Part shown: positions 28,799-38,457 of the stretch, one piece after another
Layout of the letters: the number at the start of each line of letters is the position of its first letter
How positions within the stretch are numbered: the stretch's first letter is position 1
Assembly (NCBI GenBank): GCA_963716175.1
Contig: OY970296.1
Location: forward strand, 3,072,001 to 3,136,000
DNA from: an uncultured Armatimonadetes bacterium
GTDB lineage: Bacteria; Armatimonadota; Hebobacteria; Hebobacterales; Hebobacteraceae
DNA length: 64,000 bases
Direction: 5' to 3'
Made by a program: the position numbers and the translations under genes
The notes under the pieces: model-generated
What the model was told of the DNA's origin: nothing
Database searches by the model: none
Seen by the model: only the letters and a program-made list of their open reading frames with translations

Positions 28799-29698
28799 TC
28801 ACACCTGCCGATCGTTGAAGAAGACCGCGGCCAGCAGCAACACCACCGCGGTATACGCGATGCCGTGGAGCACGGCCTGCCAGCCGCTGACCACGCTGAT
28901 GGGCATGAAGTTGGAAACCTCGTGCCGAAAGTCGAAGTTCTCCAGCTTGGGCACGATGTAGTAGATCACCAGCAGCAGCACCCGCGCCGCGCCGGTGGCA
29001 TGCTCAGCCAAGTCGTTCAGGGTGGACTGAAGGCTTCCCACCCCCCAGATGATGAAGGCGCTGACCACGGCCATGGTGGTGGAAGAGATGGTCGAGATGA
29101 GGATGATCAGCGCGGTGAGCACCGCCAGCGCGCAATACTGCATGAAGGCCGCGAACAGCACCGGCCCCAGGTTGGGGTTGAAGGCGGATTCGGGGCTAGA
29201 GGGCACCAAGCGCTGCTGGATCAGCAGCACCGCCACCAGCACCGCGGTCATGACCGCGGTGATCACACCCAGCACGATCAGCGCCCCCAGGTACTTGCCC
29301 AGCACGAACTCGAAGCGCCGCACGGGCTTGGACAGGATGGCGTAGACGGTGCGGCTCTCGATCTCTTGCGGGATGAGGAAGGCGGCGATGAAGATCGACA
29401 GCAGAATACCGAACACGGTGATGGCGGCGAGCCCGCCGGAGATGATCATCCGGGATTGCTCTTCCGGGCTGAGATAGGAGAAGAAAGTCATGGAGAGCAG
29501 GATCACCACCACCAGGATGATCACCGCCTGCACCACCCGTCGTCGCCGCGCCTCCGCCACCGTGATCTTGGCCACTCGCCAGATGGAGGGCACGGCATGG
29601 GCGATGGCGGGCGCCCAGGCGCGGCGGGTCACCGTCAGCACCGCCGCCACCAGGATCAGCCCGACGAGAGGGATAAGTCTTCCCAGGATCGCGCTCAC
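28799..29698 (-). CDS. ABC-2 type permease (PilI-like)
   Basis: IPQEIESRTVYAILSKPVRR.EFVLGKYLG. Confidence 0.88.
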   Translation of the reverse strand: MSAILGRLIPLVGLILVAAVLTVTRRAWAPAIAHAVPSIWRVAKITVAEARRRRVVQAVIILVVVILLSMTFFSYLSPEEQSRMIISGGLAAITVFGILLSIFIAAFLIPQEIESRTVYAILSKPVRRFEFVLGKYLGALIVLGVITAVMTAVLVAVLLIQQRLVPSSPESAFNPNLGPVLFAAFMQYCALAVLTALIILISTISSTTMAVVSAFIIWGVGSLQSTLNDLAEHATGAARVLLLVIYYIVPKLENFDFRHEVSNFMPISVVSGWQAVLHGIAYTAVVLLLAAVFFNDRQV

Positions 29699-30648
29699 GG
29701 CTCTCTCTCCCCGATCTGCCCGATGGCCCGCACGAACACCTCCTGCAGGGTGGGCCTAGGCCGCCTCAGCTCCAGCACTCTCCCGCCGGCGTCGTGGATG
29801 GCCTGCAGCACCGCCCAGACTTGGTCCTCGTCGGCCTTGCCCATGCGGACCGTGTCGTTCTCCACGTTCAGCACCGCCGACTTCTTCGCCACTTGCTCCG
29901 CCATTCGGTCATCCAGCACGGTGGTGGTGATGACCACCTCGCTGGGCTCTCCGGCCAGCTCCGAGAGCGTGCCCTCGGCCACCAGCCGCCCGGCATAGAG
30001 GATGCCCACGCGGTCGCACACCTCCTCCACCTCGGCCAGGAAGTGAGAGCAGAGCAGGATGGTCTTGCCCCGCCGCTTCAGCTCCTGGATCAACCGGGTC
30101 ATCTGGTGCCGCCCGGCCGGGTCCAGGCCGGAGGTGGGCTCATCCAGGATAAGCAGCGCCGGGTCGTTGACCAGGGCCTGGGCCAGGGCCAGCCGCTGTC
30201 GCATGCCCTTGGAACATTCCCGGAAAGGAACCTTGCGGTTGGCCTGCATGCCCACCAGGGCGAGCAGCTCGTCCACCAGCTCCTTCCGCCTTCTCTGGGG
30301 ATAGCCGAAAAGGCCCGCATAGAAGTCCAGCAACTCCTCGCCGTCGAAGCAGTCGTAGAGGTAGGCGTCCTCGGGCAGGAAGCCGATCCGCTCCCGCACC
30401 GAGAGGTCGGCCACACTCTTGCCGAAGATGCTGGTGGTGCCACTAGTAGGGAAGATGAGTCCGAGCAGAATCTTCAGCGTGGTGGTCTTGCCCGACCCGT
30501 TCGGGCCTACCATCGAGTAAGTCTCTCCCTGACGGATCGCCAGGCTGAGGTTGTCCACCGCCTTGACGCCGGCCGGGGTGAAGAGGGACCGATAGATCTT
30601 GGTCAATCCCTCGATCTGGAGTACCGTCTCCGCGTGCTCCACTCCCAT
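29695..30648 (-). CDS. ABC transporter ATP-binding protein (PilH-like)
   Basis: Walker A GPNGSGKTT, signature CSKGM, LILDEPTSGLDP, SH switch. Confidence 0.92.
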   Translation of the reverse strand: MGVEHAETVLQIEGLTKIYRSLFTPAGVKAVDNLSLAIRQGETYSMVGPNGSGKTTTLKILLGLIFPTSGTTSIFGKSVADLSVRERIGFLPEDAYLYDCFDGEELLDFYAGLFGYPQRRRKELVDELLALVGMQANRKVPFRECSKGMRQRLALAQALVNDPALLILDEPTSGLDPAGRHQMTRLIQELKRRGKTILLCSHFLAEVEEVCDRVGILYAGRLVAEGTLSELAGEPSEVVITTTVLDDRMAEQVAKKSAVLNVENDTVRMGKADEDQVWAVLQAIHDAGGRVLELRRPRPTLQEVFVRAIGQIGEREP

Positions 30649-30740
30649 CCCTCCTGGGCGGCGAGTCTGACTCGCTCCGGACACTCGCACCGATCACAAC
30701 GAAGCGGGGCGAAAACGCAGCCTTCGCCCCCGCTAGCTGA

Positions 30741-30770
30741 AGTATACCCGCCGCCAACCTCCACTGTCAA
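30741..30770 (-). promoter_or_regulatory. Sigma70 promoter of the ABC operon
   Basis: TTGACA, 18 nt, TATACT. Confidence 0.6.
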
Positions 30771-30881
30771 GGGTTCGCGCCAGTGCTGCTCCCGGCGCGG
30801 CGGGGCCGGGCAGGTAAGCCCCACAAGCCCGGCGAAGCAGCCCCTGCATGGGTTCTGTGCGGCGAGAGGAGGAAGCAAGGC

Positions 30882-33731
30882 ATGGGGATCGTGAGCGCTG
30901 ATTTTGGGGGCCGACGCCTGCGCCGGCGGGTGCTGCGTTGGGTGCTGCTGGTCGTCGCCGTGCTGGTGGTTTTCTGGATGGCGCCCGGCCTGCTGAACCT
31001 GTACACGGAGTGGCTCTGGTTCAAGCATGACGTGCGTTTTCCTGGGGTGTTCTCCACCATCCTTCTCACTCGCATCGGGTTGGGCCTGGTGTTCGGGGTG
31101 GCCTTTCTGATCCTGCTTCTGGGCAATGTAGAGCTCGCCCGGCGGCTAGCCAGGCGCACGCTCTGGTACGAGGAGGAGCGAGCCCTGCGCCAGCGCATGG
31201 CGGAAGTGATGGAGTACGTCGTGGGGCGCTACCTCTATCTGGGCCTGGTCATCCTCGCCATCCTGATCGCCTACTCTGTGGGGAAGGCCGGAGCCGAGAA
31301 GTGGAACAGCTATCTGCTATTCCGCCACGGCCTGCCCTTCGGCCTCTCGGACCCAGTGTTCAAGCGGGACCTGGGCTTCTACATCTTCCGGCTTCCGTTC
31401 TGGCAGTTCCTCTGGCAGTCGCTCTACCTGGTGCTGATCGGCGTGCTGGCGCTGTCCGCTGCCACCCACTACTTCGACAAGGCGATCCGGGTGCTGCGCG
31501 GCGTACCCGCCTTCGCCTCTCACGTCAAGGTTCACCTGTCGATCCTGCTGGGCCTGATCCTGGTAGTGAAGGCGATCGGCTACCGCATCGAGGCCTACTA
31601 CCTGCTCTACTCGGCCCGGGGGGCGGCGTTTGGCGCCAGCTATACCGATGTCAACGCGCAACTGCTGGCCTACAACGTGCTTTTCGTGATCGCCCTGGCC
31701 TGCGCCGCGCTGGCCCTGATCAACATCTACTTCCGAGGGCTGTGGCTGCCGCTGGCCGGCATTGGCTTTCTCGCCGTCGCCTCTCTGCTGCTGAACGTCA
31801 TCTACCCGAGCCTGGTACAGCGCTTCCAGGTGCAGCCCAGCGAGTTCGGCCGGGAGGAGCCCTATATCCGGCGCACTATCGAGTTCACCCGCCGCGGCTT
31901 CGACCTCGAGAAGATGGAAAACCGCGAGATGCTGCGGGTCGAGCTGCTGAGTATGGATGCGATCAGGCACAATATCGCGACCATCGAGAACGTGCGCCTC
32001 TGGGATTACCGGCCCTTGCTCGAGACCTATCGCAAGCAGCAGGAGCTTCAGCCCTACTATACCTTCAACCAGGTGGGCATAGATCGCTACACCATCAATG
32101 GGCTCTACCGCCAGGTGATGCTGGCGGCGAGAGAGCTGAACGCGGACGGCCTGCCGGACAAGAGCTGGCAGAACCTGCATGTGTTCTACACCCACGGCTA
32201 TGGCGTGGTGATGTCACCAGTCAGCGATGTCATCCAATCGGGGCTGCCGAACCTGGTGATCAAGGACATCCCGCCCGTGTCCTCCGCACCTGAGGTCCAG
32301 GTCACCAGGCCTGGTATCTACTACGGGCAGCTTACCGACGACTTCGTGATCGTAGGCACCACCCTGAAGGAGAACGATTACCCGCTGCCGGCCACCAACA
32401 AGACCGCGGAAACGCGTTACTCCGGCAAGGGCGGGGTGCCCATTGGCGGCGGGCTGTCTCGACTCGCCGCCACCCTCCGGTTTAGCGACATCAACATCTT
32501 GATCTCCAATGTCATCACCCCGCAGAGCCGCATCCTGTGGGGTCGCAACATCGCCTGGCGCTGCGCGCACATCGCACCCTTCCTGTCCTACGACCATGAC
32601 CCCTACATGGTGGTGGGCACCGATGGCGCCCTCTATTGGATCCAGGACGCCTACACGCTCTCTGACATGTACCCGTACTCCGAACCATACGAGACCGACA
32701 CGGGCCGCTTCAGCTATGTGCGCAACTCGGTGAAAGTGGTGACCAGCGCCTACGACGGGAGCGTGGTCTACTACGTGGCCGATCCCACAGACCCCATCGT
32801 GCGCACCTACGAGGGGATCTTCCCCGCGCTCTTCCGCCCCATGGCCGAGATGCCCGTGGGCCTGCTCACCCACATCCGCTACCCGGAGGCCTTCTTCAAC
32901 ACCCAGAGCGCGCGGCTCACCGTCTATCACATGACCGACCCCCGCGCCTTCTATAACCGGGTGGAGAAATGGGAGATCGCGCAGGAAAATCCGAAGTCGG
33001 TCGGACCTTCCGAGGGGCAAGAGGTGATGCAGGCCTACTACGCCATCATTCATCTCCCCAAGAAGCCCCAGCCGGAGTTCCTGCTGATGCTGCCCTTCAC
33101 CCCGCAGGGCAAGCCGAACATGGTGGCCTGGCTGGCCGGCCTGTGCGATGGCGATGCCTATGGCCGATTGCTCACTTACTATTTCCCGAAGACCCAGCAA
33201 GTGTGGGGTCCGATTCAGATCGAGGCCTCCATCAGCCAGGACACCGAGATCAGCAGCGACTTCACCCTCTGGAACCAGCAGGGATCGGCGGTGATCCGGG
33301 GCAACCTGCTGGTGCTGCCTCTGGACGACAGCATCCTCTACGTGGAGCCCATCTATCTGCGCGCGGCCCAGAATGCCATCCCGGAGCTGAAGCGAGTGAT
33401 CGTGGGCCGCGGGGACGGCCGGGTGGTGATGAGGCCCACTCTCTCCCAGGCCCTGGGTGATCTGCTGGGAGGCACCCCGCCCGGCCTGGTGGCGGAGCAG
33501 CCCACCTGGGCCGAGGTTGCACCCGCGCCCAAGCCAGCCGCCGCCAAGCCGGAAGCGGCCCCTGGGCCTGCGCCTGCAGCCCCTGGTTCCCAAGCTCTCG
33601 CCGACCAGGCTGACCGAGAGCTGAAGGAGGCCCTGGATCGTCAGCGCAAGGGCGACTGGGCCGGCTACGGCGAGTCGCTGAAGAAGCTGCAGAAGACGCT
33701 GGAGGAGATGACGAAGAAGGCGAGGCCGTGA
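30882..33731 (+). CDS. UPF0182 family membrane protein
   Basis: YTEWLWF, DPVF.RD.GFY.F.LP, NVRLWD, YTHGYG, YVRNSVK, RYPE, IRGNLLVLP, LYVEP.YL, GDWAGYG. Confidence 0.93.
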   Translation: MGIVSADFGGRRLRRRVLRWVLLVVAVLVVFWMAPGLLNLYTEWLWFKHDVRFPGVFSTILLTRIGLGLVFGVAFLILLLGNVELARRLARRTLWYEEERALRQRMAEVMEYVVGRYLYLGLVILAILIAYSVGKAGAEKWNSYLLFRHGLPFGLSDPVFKRDLGFYIFRLPFWQFLWQSLYLVLIGVLALSAATHYFDKAIRVLRGVPAFASHVKVHLSILLGLILVVKAIGYRIEAYYLLYSARGAAFGASYTDVNAQLLAYNVLFVIALACAALALINIYFRGLWLPLAGIGFLAVASLLLNVIYPSLVQRFQVQPSEFGREEPYIRRTIEFTRRGFDLEKMENREMLRVELLSMDAIRHNIATIENVRLWDYRPLLETYRKQQELQPYYTFNQVGIDRYTINGLYRQVMLAARELNADGLPDKSWQNLHVFYTHGYGVVMSPVSDVIQSGLPNLVIKDIPPVSSAPEVQVTRPGIYYGQLTDDFVIVGTTLKENDYPLPATNKTAETRYSGKGGVPIGGGLSRLAATLRFSDINILISNVITPQSRILWGRNIAWRCAHIAPFLSYDHDPYMVVGTDGALYWIQDAYTLSDMYPYSEPYETDTGRFSYVRNSVKVVTSAYDGSVVYYVADPTDPIVRTYEGIFPALFRPMAEMPVGLLTHIRYPEAFFNTQSARLTVYHMTDPRAFYNRVEKWEIAQENPKSVGPSEGQEVMQAYYAIIHLPKKPQPEFLLMLPFTPQGKPNMVAWLAGLCDGDAYGRLLTYYFPKTQQVWGPIQIEASISQDTEISSDFTLWNQQGSAVIRGNLLVLPLDDSILYVEPIYLRAAQNAIPELKRVIVGRGDGRVVMRPTLSQALGDLLGGTPPGLVAEQPTWAEVAPAPKPAAAKPEAAPGPAPAAPGSQALADQADRELKEALDRQRKGDWAGYGESLKKLQKTLEEMTKKARP

Positions 33732-33794
33732 TCGGCCTGCCAGCGCCTTGCGCTGACGGGTGACAGTGCTATAATCGGTGCGGAGGTCGAACGC

Positions 33795-34016
33795 ATGCGT
33801 TACCCGGTGATTCTGACCCCTGACTTGGAGGACGGCGGGTTCATCGTTGAGTGTCCGGCCCTACCCGGGTGTATCAGCGATGGAGGCACCGTGGAGGAAG
33901 CCCTTGCCAACATCAAGGATGCGATCGAGAGCTGTCTCGCGGTGATGCGGGAGCATGGCGACCCGATTCCAGAGCCCGCGGACCCGCTGCTAGCAACGGT
34001 GGAAATCGGCAGGTGA
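33795..34016 (+). CDS. hicB: HicB-like antitoxin
   Basis: GGFIVECPALPGCISDG.T.EEAL.N..DAI; TGCTATAAT extended -10 and GGAGG upstream. Confidence 0.88.
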   Translation: MRYPVILTPDLEDGGFIVECPALPGCISDGGTVEEALANIKDAIESCLAVMREHGDPIPEPADPLLATVEIGR

Positions 34017-34240
34017 TGCCTCGGCTGCCGTCCCTCCCAGCCAGGGATGTGGTCAAGGCCCTGAGTCGTGCCGGGTTCGAACTCAAGCGGCAGACAGGCA
34101 GCCATCTCGTCCTTCGCAGCGCCTCGCGCCGCCAAACAGTGTCGGTGCCGAATCACGACCCCGTGAGGCGTGGCACTCTCCGCGGCCTCATCCGATCTGT
34201 TGGAATGAGCCCGCAGGAGTTCTTCGATCTGCTGCGATGA
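34016..34240 (+). CDS. hicA: HicA-like mRNA interferase toxin
   Basis: L..AGF...RQTGSH, VSVPNH, GTLR.LIR; TGATG coupling with hicB. Confidence 0.88.
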   Translation: MPRLPSLPARDVVKALSRAGFELKRQTGSHLVLRSASRRQTVSVPNHDPVRRGTLRGLIRSVGMSPQEFFDLLR

Positions 34241-34346
34241 TCGGTCGTCGAGCCGCCGCGCTCGTGTCACTGCCAGACCTCCGTGCTCACTCTCATCCCT
34301 CCTCTCTCCTGCCCATATGTGGTAATATCGAGCGGGCATTTGGCAG

Positions 34347-34829
34347 ATGATCGTGCTCGGCATAGATCCCGGACTGGCGGCCACCGGCTACGCGGTGCTC
34401 GACGCGGAGAATGGGCGGTTGCGCTTGCGGGATTCAGGCTGCGCCCGCAGCGCCAGCCGCCAGCCCATCGAGGCCCGGGTGCGCGCCATCTATGATGGCA
34501 TCTCGCAGGTGCTGGCCCAGTGGCGGCCGGCGATCGCGGTGCTGGAGGGGCTCTACTCGGAGTACGGATTTCCCCGCACCGCCATTCTCATGGGCCACGT
34601 GCGAGGGGTGATCTGCCTCGCCGCCGAGCAGTCCGGGGCGAGGGTGGTGGAGGTGTCGCCGGCCGAGGTGAAGCAGGCCCTCACCGGCTCCGGTCGGGCC
34701 AGCAAGGAGCAGATCCGGCGGGCCGTGACGCGGATGCTCTCTCTGCCCAGCCCGCCCGAGTCGGAGCACGTATGTGACGCGCTGGGCCTGGCCTTGGTGG
34801 GAGCGGCGCGAGCAGGTGTGTCATTGTAG
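34347..34829 (+). CDS. ruvC: Holliday junction resolvase
   Basis: VLGIDPGL..TGY, VKQALTGSGRASKEQI, DAL. Confidence 0.93.
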   Translation: MIVLGIDPGLAATGYAVLDAENGRLRLRDSGCARSASRQPIEARVRAIYDGISQVLAQWRPAIAVLEGLYSEYGFPRTAILMGHVRGVICLAAEQSGARVVEVSPAEVKQALTGSGRASKEQIRRAVTRMLSLPSPPESEHVCDALGLALVGAARAGVSL

Positions 34830-34885
34830 GGCGGGTATCCTGCGAGGTCTCGGCGAAGCAGGATGCGCGCCGGGAGGGCTTTCTC

Positions 34886-35512
34886 TTGATCTCGTATCTT
34901 GAAGGCCGCCTGCTCCAGAAACGGGATGACCGGGTCGTTGTCCTGGCTGGCGGCATCGGCTACGAAGTGATGCTGCCCGCGGCCGCGCGCCCCGCGCTGC
35001 GGCCTCGGCGCGCCGGCCCGGACGGCGATACGGTCAGGTTCCATGTCTCCTATCACCAGACGGAGCGCAACCCCAAGCCACTGCTGATTGGCTTCGAGTC
35101 GTTGTTGGAGAAGGAGTTCTTCGAGCTGCTGATCACAGTGGAGGACATCGGGCCCATCGCGGCCTGCCGCGCGCTCTCCGTGGATGTCGCACGCTTTGCC
35201 CGCGCCATCGAGGCCAAGGATGCCAAGCTGCTGTGCACTCTCGACGGCATCGGGCCCCGCAAGGCGGAGAAGATCATCGCCACCCTGAATGGACGGGTCG
35301 GCAAGTTTGCGCTCATGCCGGAGGCCGAGGTCCCGCCCGCCGCCGCGCCCGAGGGGGATTTTCGTGCTGAAGTCATGGCCGCACTGGTGGAGCAGCTCGG
35401 CCACACCCGCACCGAGGCGCAGCGGATGGTGCAGTCGGCCCTGGCGCGCCGGCCGGAGCTGGCAACGGCCGAGGAGCTGTTCGAGGAAGTCTACCGCGGT
35501 GAGAAAGCGTAG
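34886..35512 (+). CDS. ruvA: Holliday junction branch migration protein RuvA
   Basis: MISYLEG, GGIGYEV, HhH IGP / GIGPRKAEKII, ALVEQLG. Confidence 0.92.
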   Translation: MISYLEGRLLQKRDDRVVVLAGGIGYEVMLPAAARPALRPRRAGPDGDTVRFHVSYHQTERNPKPLLIGFESLLEKEFFELLITVEDIGPIAACRALSVDVARFARAIEAKDAKLLCTLDGIGPRKAEKIIATLNGRVGKFALMPEAEVPPAAAPEGDFRAEVMAALVEQLGHTRTEAQRMVQSALARRPELATAEELFEEVYRGEKA

Positions 35513-35640
35513 AAGCTGTTTCATCACCTCCCCAGGGGAGGTGACGAAACAGCACTGCACAACGCCAGGCAGTGGCAGGCGCATTTCATGCGAGGGCGTG
35601 GTGCGGCCAGCTAGCAGGTAGGTTATGAGATGCGCTCTAG
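35509..35640 (-). mobile_element. 132-bp MITE-like element, copy 2, inserted at the ruvA stop inside ruvCAB
   Basis: Reverse-complement match to copies 1 and 3. Confidence 0.8.
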
Positions 35641-35714
35641 TTTGTAGGGCGGCCATGCGAAGTCCGCCTCGGGCGGACGAGCATCGCCGCCGGGTTCCCT
35701 CGGGGGTTTGTGGC

Positions 35715-36803
35715 TTGAGAAAACAGAGAAGCCAAGTCGCGAGAGCAGGTAAGCGCAGACCAGGGCAGGAGCCCGACGCCGAAGTCCTCGCCCCTCCCAC
35801 TCCCGAGGAGCGCGAGGACAAATGGAACCTCCGACCCCGCGTCTTCGCCGACTGCATCGGCCAGGGCGAGGTAGTGGAGGCGCTGCGCATCGGCATCCAG
35901 GCGGCGAAGGAGCGCGGCGACCCGCTGGATCATGTGCTCTTCTATGGTCCGCCCGGTCTAGGAAAGACCACCTTCGCCCGCATCGTCGCCAACGAGCTGG
36001 GCGTGCAGTTCAAGGGCACCTCCGGCCCGGCCCTGGAGCGCGGCGGCGACCTGGTGAGCATCCTCACCAATCTGGAAGAGAAAGATGTGCTGTTCATAGA
36101 TGAGATCCATCGCCTGCCGAAGATGGTGGAGGAGCTGCTCTATTCGGCGATGGAGGACTTCACCGTAGACATCATCTTCGACAAGGGCGCGCACGCCCGC
36201 ATCTATCGCTCTCGCCTGCCGCGCTTCACTCTCGCCGGTGCCACCACTCGCGCCGGGTTGATCTCGCCTCCGCTGCGGCAGCGCTTCGGCATCATCCGCG
36301 AGCTGCATTTCTACTCCGAGGCCGACCTGGTACAGGCCGTGCATCGCTCGGCCAAGCTGCTCGAGATCGCGATTGACGAGGCCAGCGCCGCGGTCCTGGC
36401 CCAGCGCAGCAGGGGCACCATCCGCATCGCTAACCGTCTGCTGCGGCGTATCCGCGACTACGCCCAGGTGCGCGCGGATGGGCGCATCACCCCCGAGGTT
36501 GCCGATGCCGCGCTCCGCCTGGAGGGGATAGACGAGCTGGGACTGACTCCGCTCGATCGCCGCCTGCTGGAGGTGATCGTCCGCCACCACCTCGGCGGCC
36601 CGGTCGGGATCGAGGCCCTGGCCGCCACCCTCCAGGAAGAGACGCAGACCCTGGAGGACATGGTCGAGCCCTTCCTGCTGCACGTCGGACTGCTGGCGCG
36701 CACCCCCAAGGGCCGCGTGGCGACGGAGAAGGCCTACCAGCACCTGGGGGTGGAGCGGGTAGAGAGAAAGGCCGCGCGGAAAGAGCAGAAGCCGCTGCTC
36801 TAG
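35715..36803 (+). CDS. ruvB: Holliday junction helicase RuvB
   Basis: LRP..F...[40 protein letters not shown]; start uncertain. Confidence 0.95.
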   Translation: MRKQRSQVARAGKRRPGQEPDAEVLAPPTPEEREDKWNLRPRVFADCIGQGEVVEALRIGIQAAKERGDPLDHVLFYGPPGLGKTTFARIVANELGVQFKGTSGPALERGGDLVSILTNLEEKDVLFIDEIHRLPKMVEELLYSAMEDFTVDIIFDKGAHARIYRSRLPRFTLAGATTRAGLISPPLRQRFGIIRELHFYSEADLVQAVHRSAKLLEIAIDEASAAVLAQRSRGTIRIANRLLRRIRDYAQVRADGRITPEVADAALRLEGIDELGLTPLDRRLLEVIVRHHLGGPVGIEALAATLQEETQTLEDMVEPFLLHVGLLARTPKGRVATEKAYQHLGVERVERKAARKEQKPLL

Positions 36804-36827
36804 CCTGCGTACAGAGGCCCTGCTCCG

Positions 36828-36986
36828 CAGCTCTATGTGATGTTCCTGGAGCACCGGATGCGCACTTTCCAGGGCGCATTCGACATGAACCCTGGCTACA
36901 TGCACTGGTACGGGTGGGCGGAGATGCGGCGGGATCTGGTGGAGATCGAGCACGAGGCGGAGCAGCTTCGGGCGGCGAGGGAATGA
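36828..36986 (+). pseudogene. C-terminal fragment of a hydroxylamine-oxidoreductase-like multiheme cytochrome c
   Basis: LYVMFLEHRMRTFQGAFDMNPGYMHWYGWAEMRRDL resembles the conserved C-terminus of HAO-family cytochromes; no CxxCH upstream. Confidence 0.6.
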
Positions 36987-37019
36987 GCGCGGCCCGAGGG
37001 CGGAGGACTCGCTGCTGCG

Positions 37020-37745
37020 CTACACCGGCGCCAGCACCGCGCCGCGAATGCTGACCTTCGTCAGGCTCACCGGGATCGGCTTCCCTGACTCCTGCACCGC
37101 AGAGCGCACCGCCTGCACCAGCCCGAAGCAGCAGGGCACCTCCATGAACGCGACCTCGACCGACCCGATATCGTTCTCCCGTAGGATCTCGGCCAGCTTG
37201 TCACGGTAGAAGGCCGCGTCGTCGAGCTTGGGGCAGCCCACCAGCAGGATGCGGCCGGCGAGGAAATGGCGATGGAAATCGGCAAAGGCGAAGGGCACGC
37301 AGTCGGCCGCGATGAGCAGCCGCGCGCCCTGCAAGTACGGCGCCTTCACCGGCACCAGGTGAAGCTGCACGGGCCAGTTGCTCAACTGCGAAGGGACCGC
37401 CTGCGCGGGCTGATCAATGTCAGTGGCGCGGGTTTCCAACGTGCGCGCCGCGGTGCCAGGGCACCCGCACGGCAGCGTCGCTGGCTCCGCCTGTGCGCGC
37501 GTATCGCCCAGGTGCTTCTCGACCGCGGCCGCATCGAACTCGGCGGCCTCCCGCTCTTCGATGGTGATGGCGCCCTGTGGGCATTCGCCGAGGCAGGCCC
37601 CCAGCCCATCGCAGTAGGTCTCGCTCACCAGCCGCGCCTTGCCGTCCACGATCGCGATAGCGCCCTCGGCGCAGGCGGTGGCGCATTGCCCGCAGCCGTT
37701 GCACTTCTCCTCATCAATCCTGACGATGTTTCTGCGTGTCGGCAT
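37020..37745 (-). CDS. 4Fe-4S dicluster / iron-sulfur binding oxidoreductase
   Basis: C.GCG.C...C.EGAI, CDGLGAC.GECP, GCPG, WPVQL, GCPKLD, MEVPCC.G. Confidence 0.9.
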   Translation of the reverse strand: MPTRRNIVRIDEEKCNGCGQCATACAEGAIAIVDGKARLVSETYCDGLGACLGECPQGAITIEEREAAEFDAAAVEKHLGDTRAQAEPATLPCGCPGTAARTLETRATDIDQPAQAVPSQLSNWPVQLHLVPVKAPYLQGARLLIAADCVPFAFADFHRHFLAGRILLVGCPKLDDAAFYRDKLAEILRENDIGSVEVAFMEVPCCFGLVQAVRSAVQESGKPIPVSLTKVSIRGAVLAPV

Positions 37746-37757
37746 TCCGTTTACTCC

Positions 37758-38171
37758 TCAGGCGAAAACGTCGCTCAGCTTGCTCAGCCTGGTGCGCGCC
37801 AGGTAGGAGCGCACGCGCTCGTTGACCGCCTCCACCACACCGCCCAGGATGCACCGAGTGGCTGGGCAGGCGGTCAGACCGAGCAGGCACTTGCCGGCCG
37901 GGAAGGGTCCGTCAACGGCCTCGAACACCTCGAGCAGAGTGATCTGCTCTCGCTTCCCGCGCAGCACGAAGCCTCCCTTGGGCCCGCGCACCGAGCTGAC
38001 CAGGCCGGCTCTGGCCAGTCGCTGCAGCACCTTGGAGAGGTGCGCCTCCGAGGCCTGCAGCTCTGAGGCGATCTCTCCGGCTGCGAGCCGCTGGTCAGGA
38101 TGGGCGGCCAGCAAGACCGTGGCGTGAAGCGCCAGTGAGGCCGCCTCCGAGATATTGAGCATTTTCGGCAT
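37758..38171 (-). CDS. Rrf2 family transcriptional regulator
   Basis: HLSKVLQRL...GLV.SVRGP.GGF, C-terminal three-Cys cluster. Confidence 0.92.
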   Translation of the reverse strand: MPKMLNISEAASLALHATVLLAAHPDQRLAAGEIASELQASEAHLSKVLQRLARAGLVSSVRGPKGGFVLRGKREQITLLEVFEAVDGPFPAGKCLLGLTACPATRCILGGVVEAVNERVRSYLARTRLSKLSDVFA

Positions 38172-38189
38172 TGCCTGCTCCCGCCTAAG

Positions 38190-38232
38190 TGGTATTTAGG
38201 AGTCACTATACCAGAATATGCCGGCCTGTCAA
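38190..38232 (-). promoter_or_regulatory. Promoter and probable Rrf2 operator
   Basis: TTGACA, 16 nt, TATAGT; inverted repeat TGGTAT-N12-ATACCA overlapping the -10. Confidence 0.55.
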
Positions 38233-38282
38233 GAGCATGGCTGTCATGGTCGCGGCACACGGCGATCGCGGGGAGCCGTTCT

Positions 38283-38348
38283 GTAGGGCGGCCATATGCT
38301 ACTTTGCGAAGTAGCTTCGCTACGTAGCACGAGCCCATGCCCGCCGGG
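38283..38348. repeat. GTAG REP with nested TATGCTACTTTGCGAAGTAGCTTCGCTACG..GCACGAG element
   Basis: Outer arms match the REPs at 17379, 17452 and 35644; the inner part recurs at 54337. Confidence 0.75.
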
Positions 38349-38457
38349 GGCGGACAAGCCTAGGCCGGCCGAGGGAGATTCGGGCAGGGGACACGCGGCT
38401 GCCCGACGATTGGAACGCTGGCAGGACGGCCGGCGGCCATGCCTGTGGTGGAGGTCG

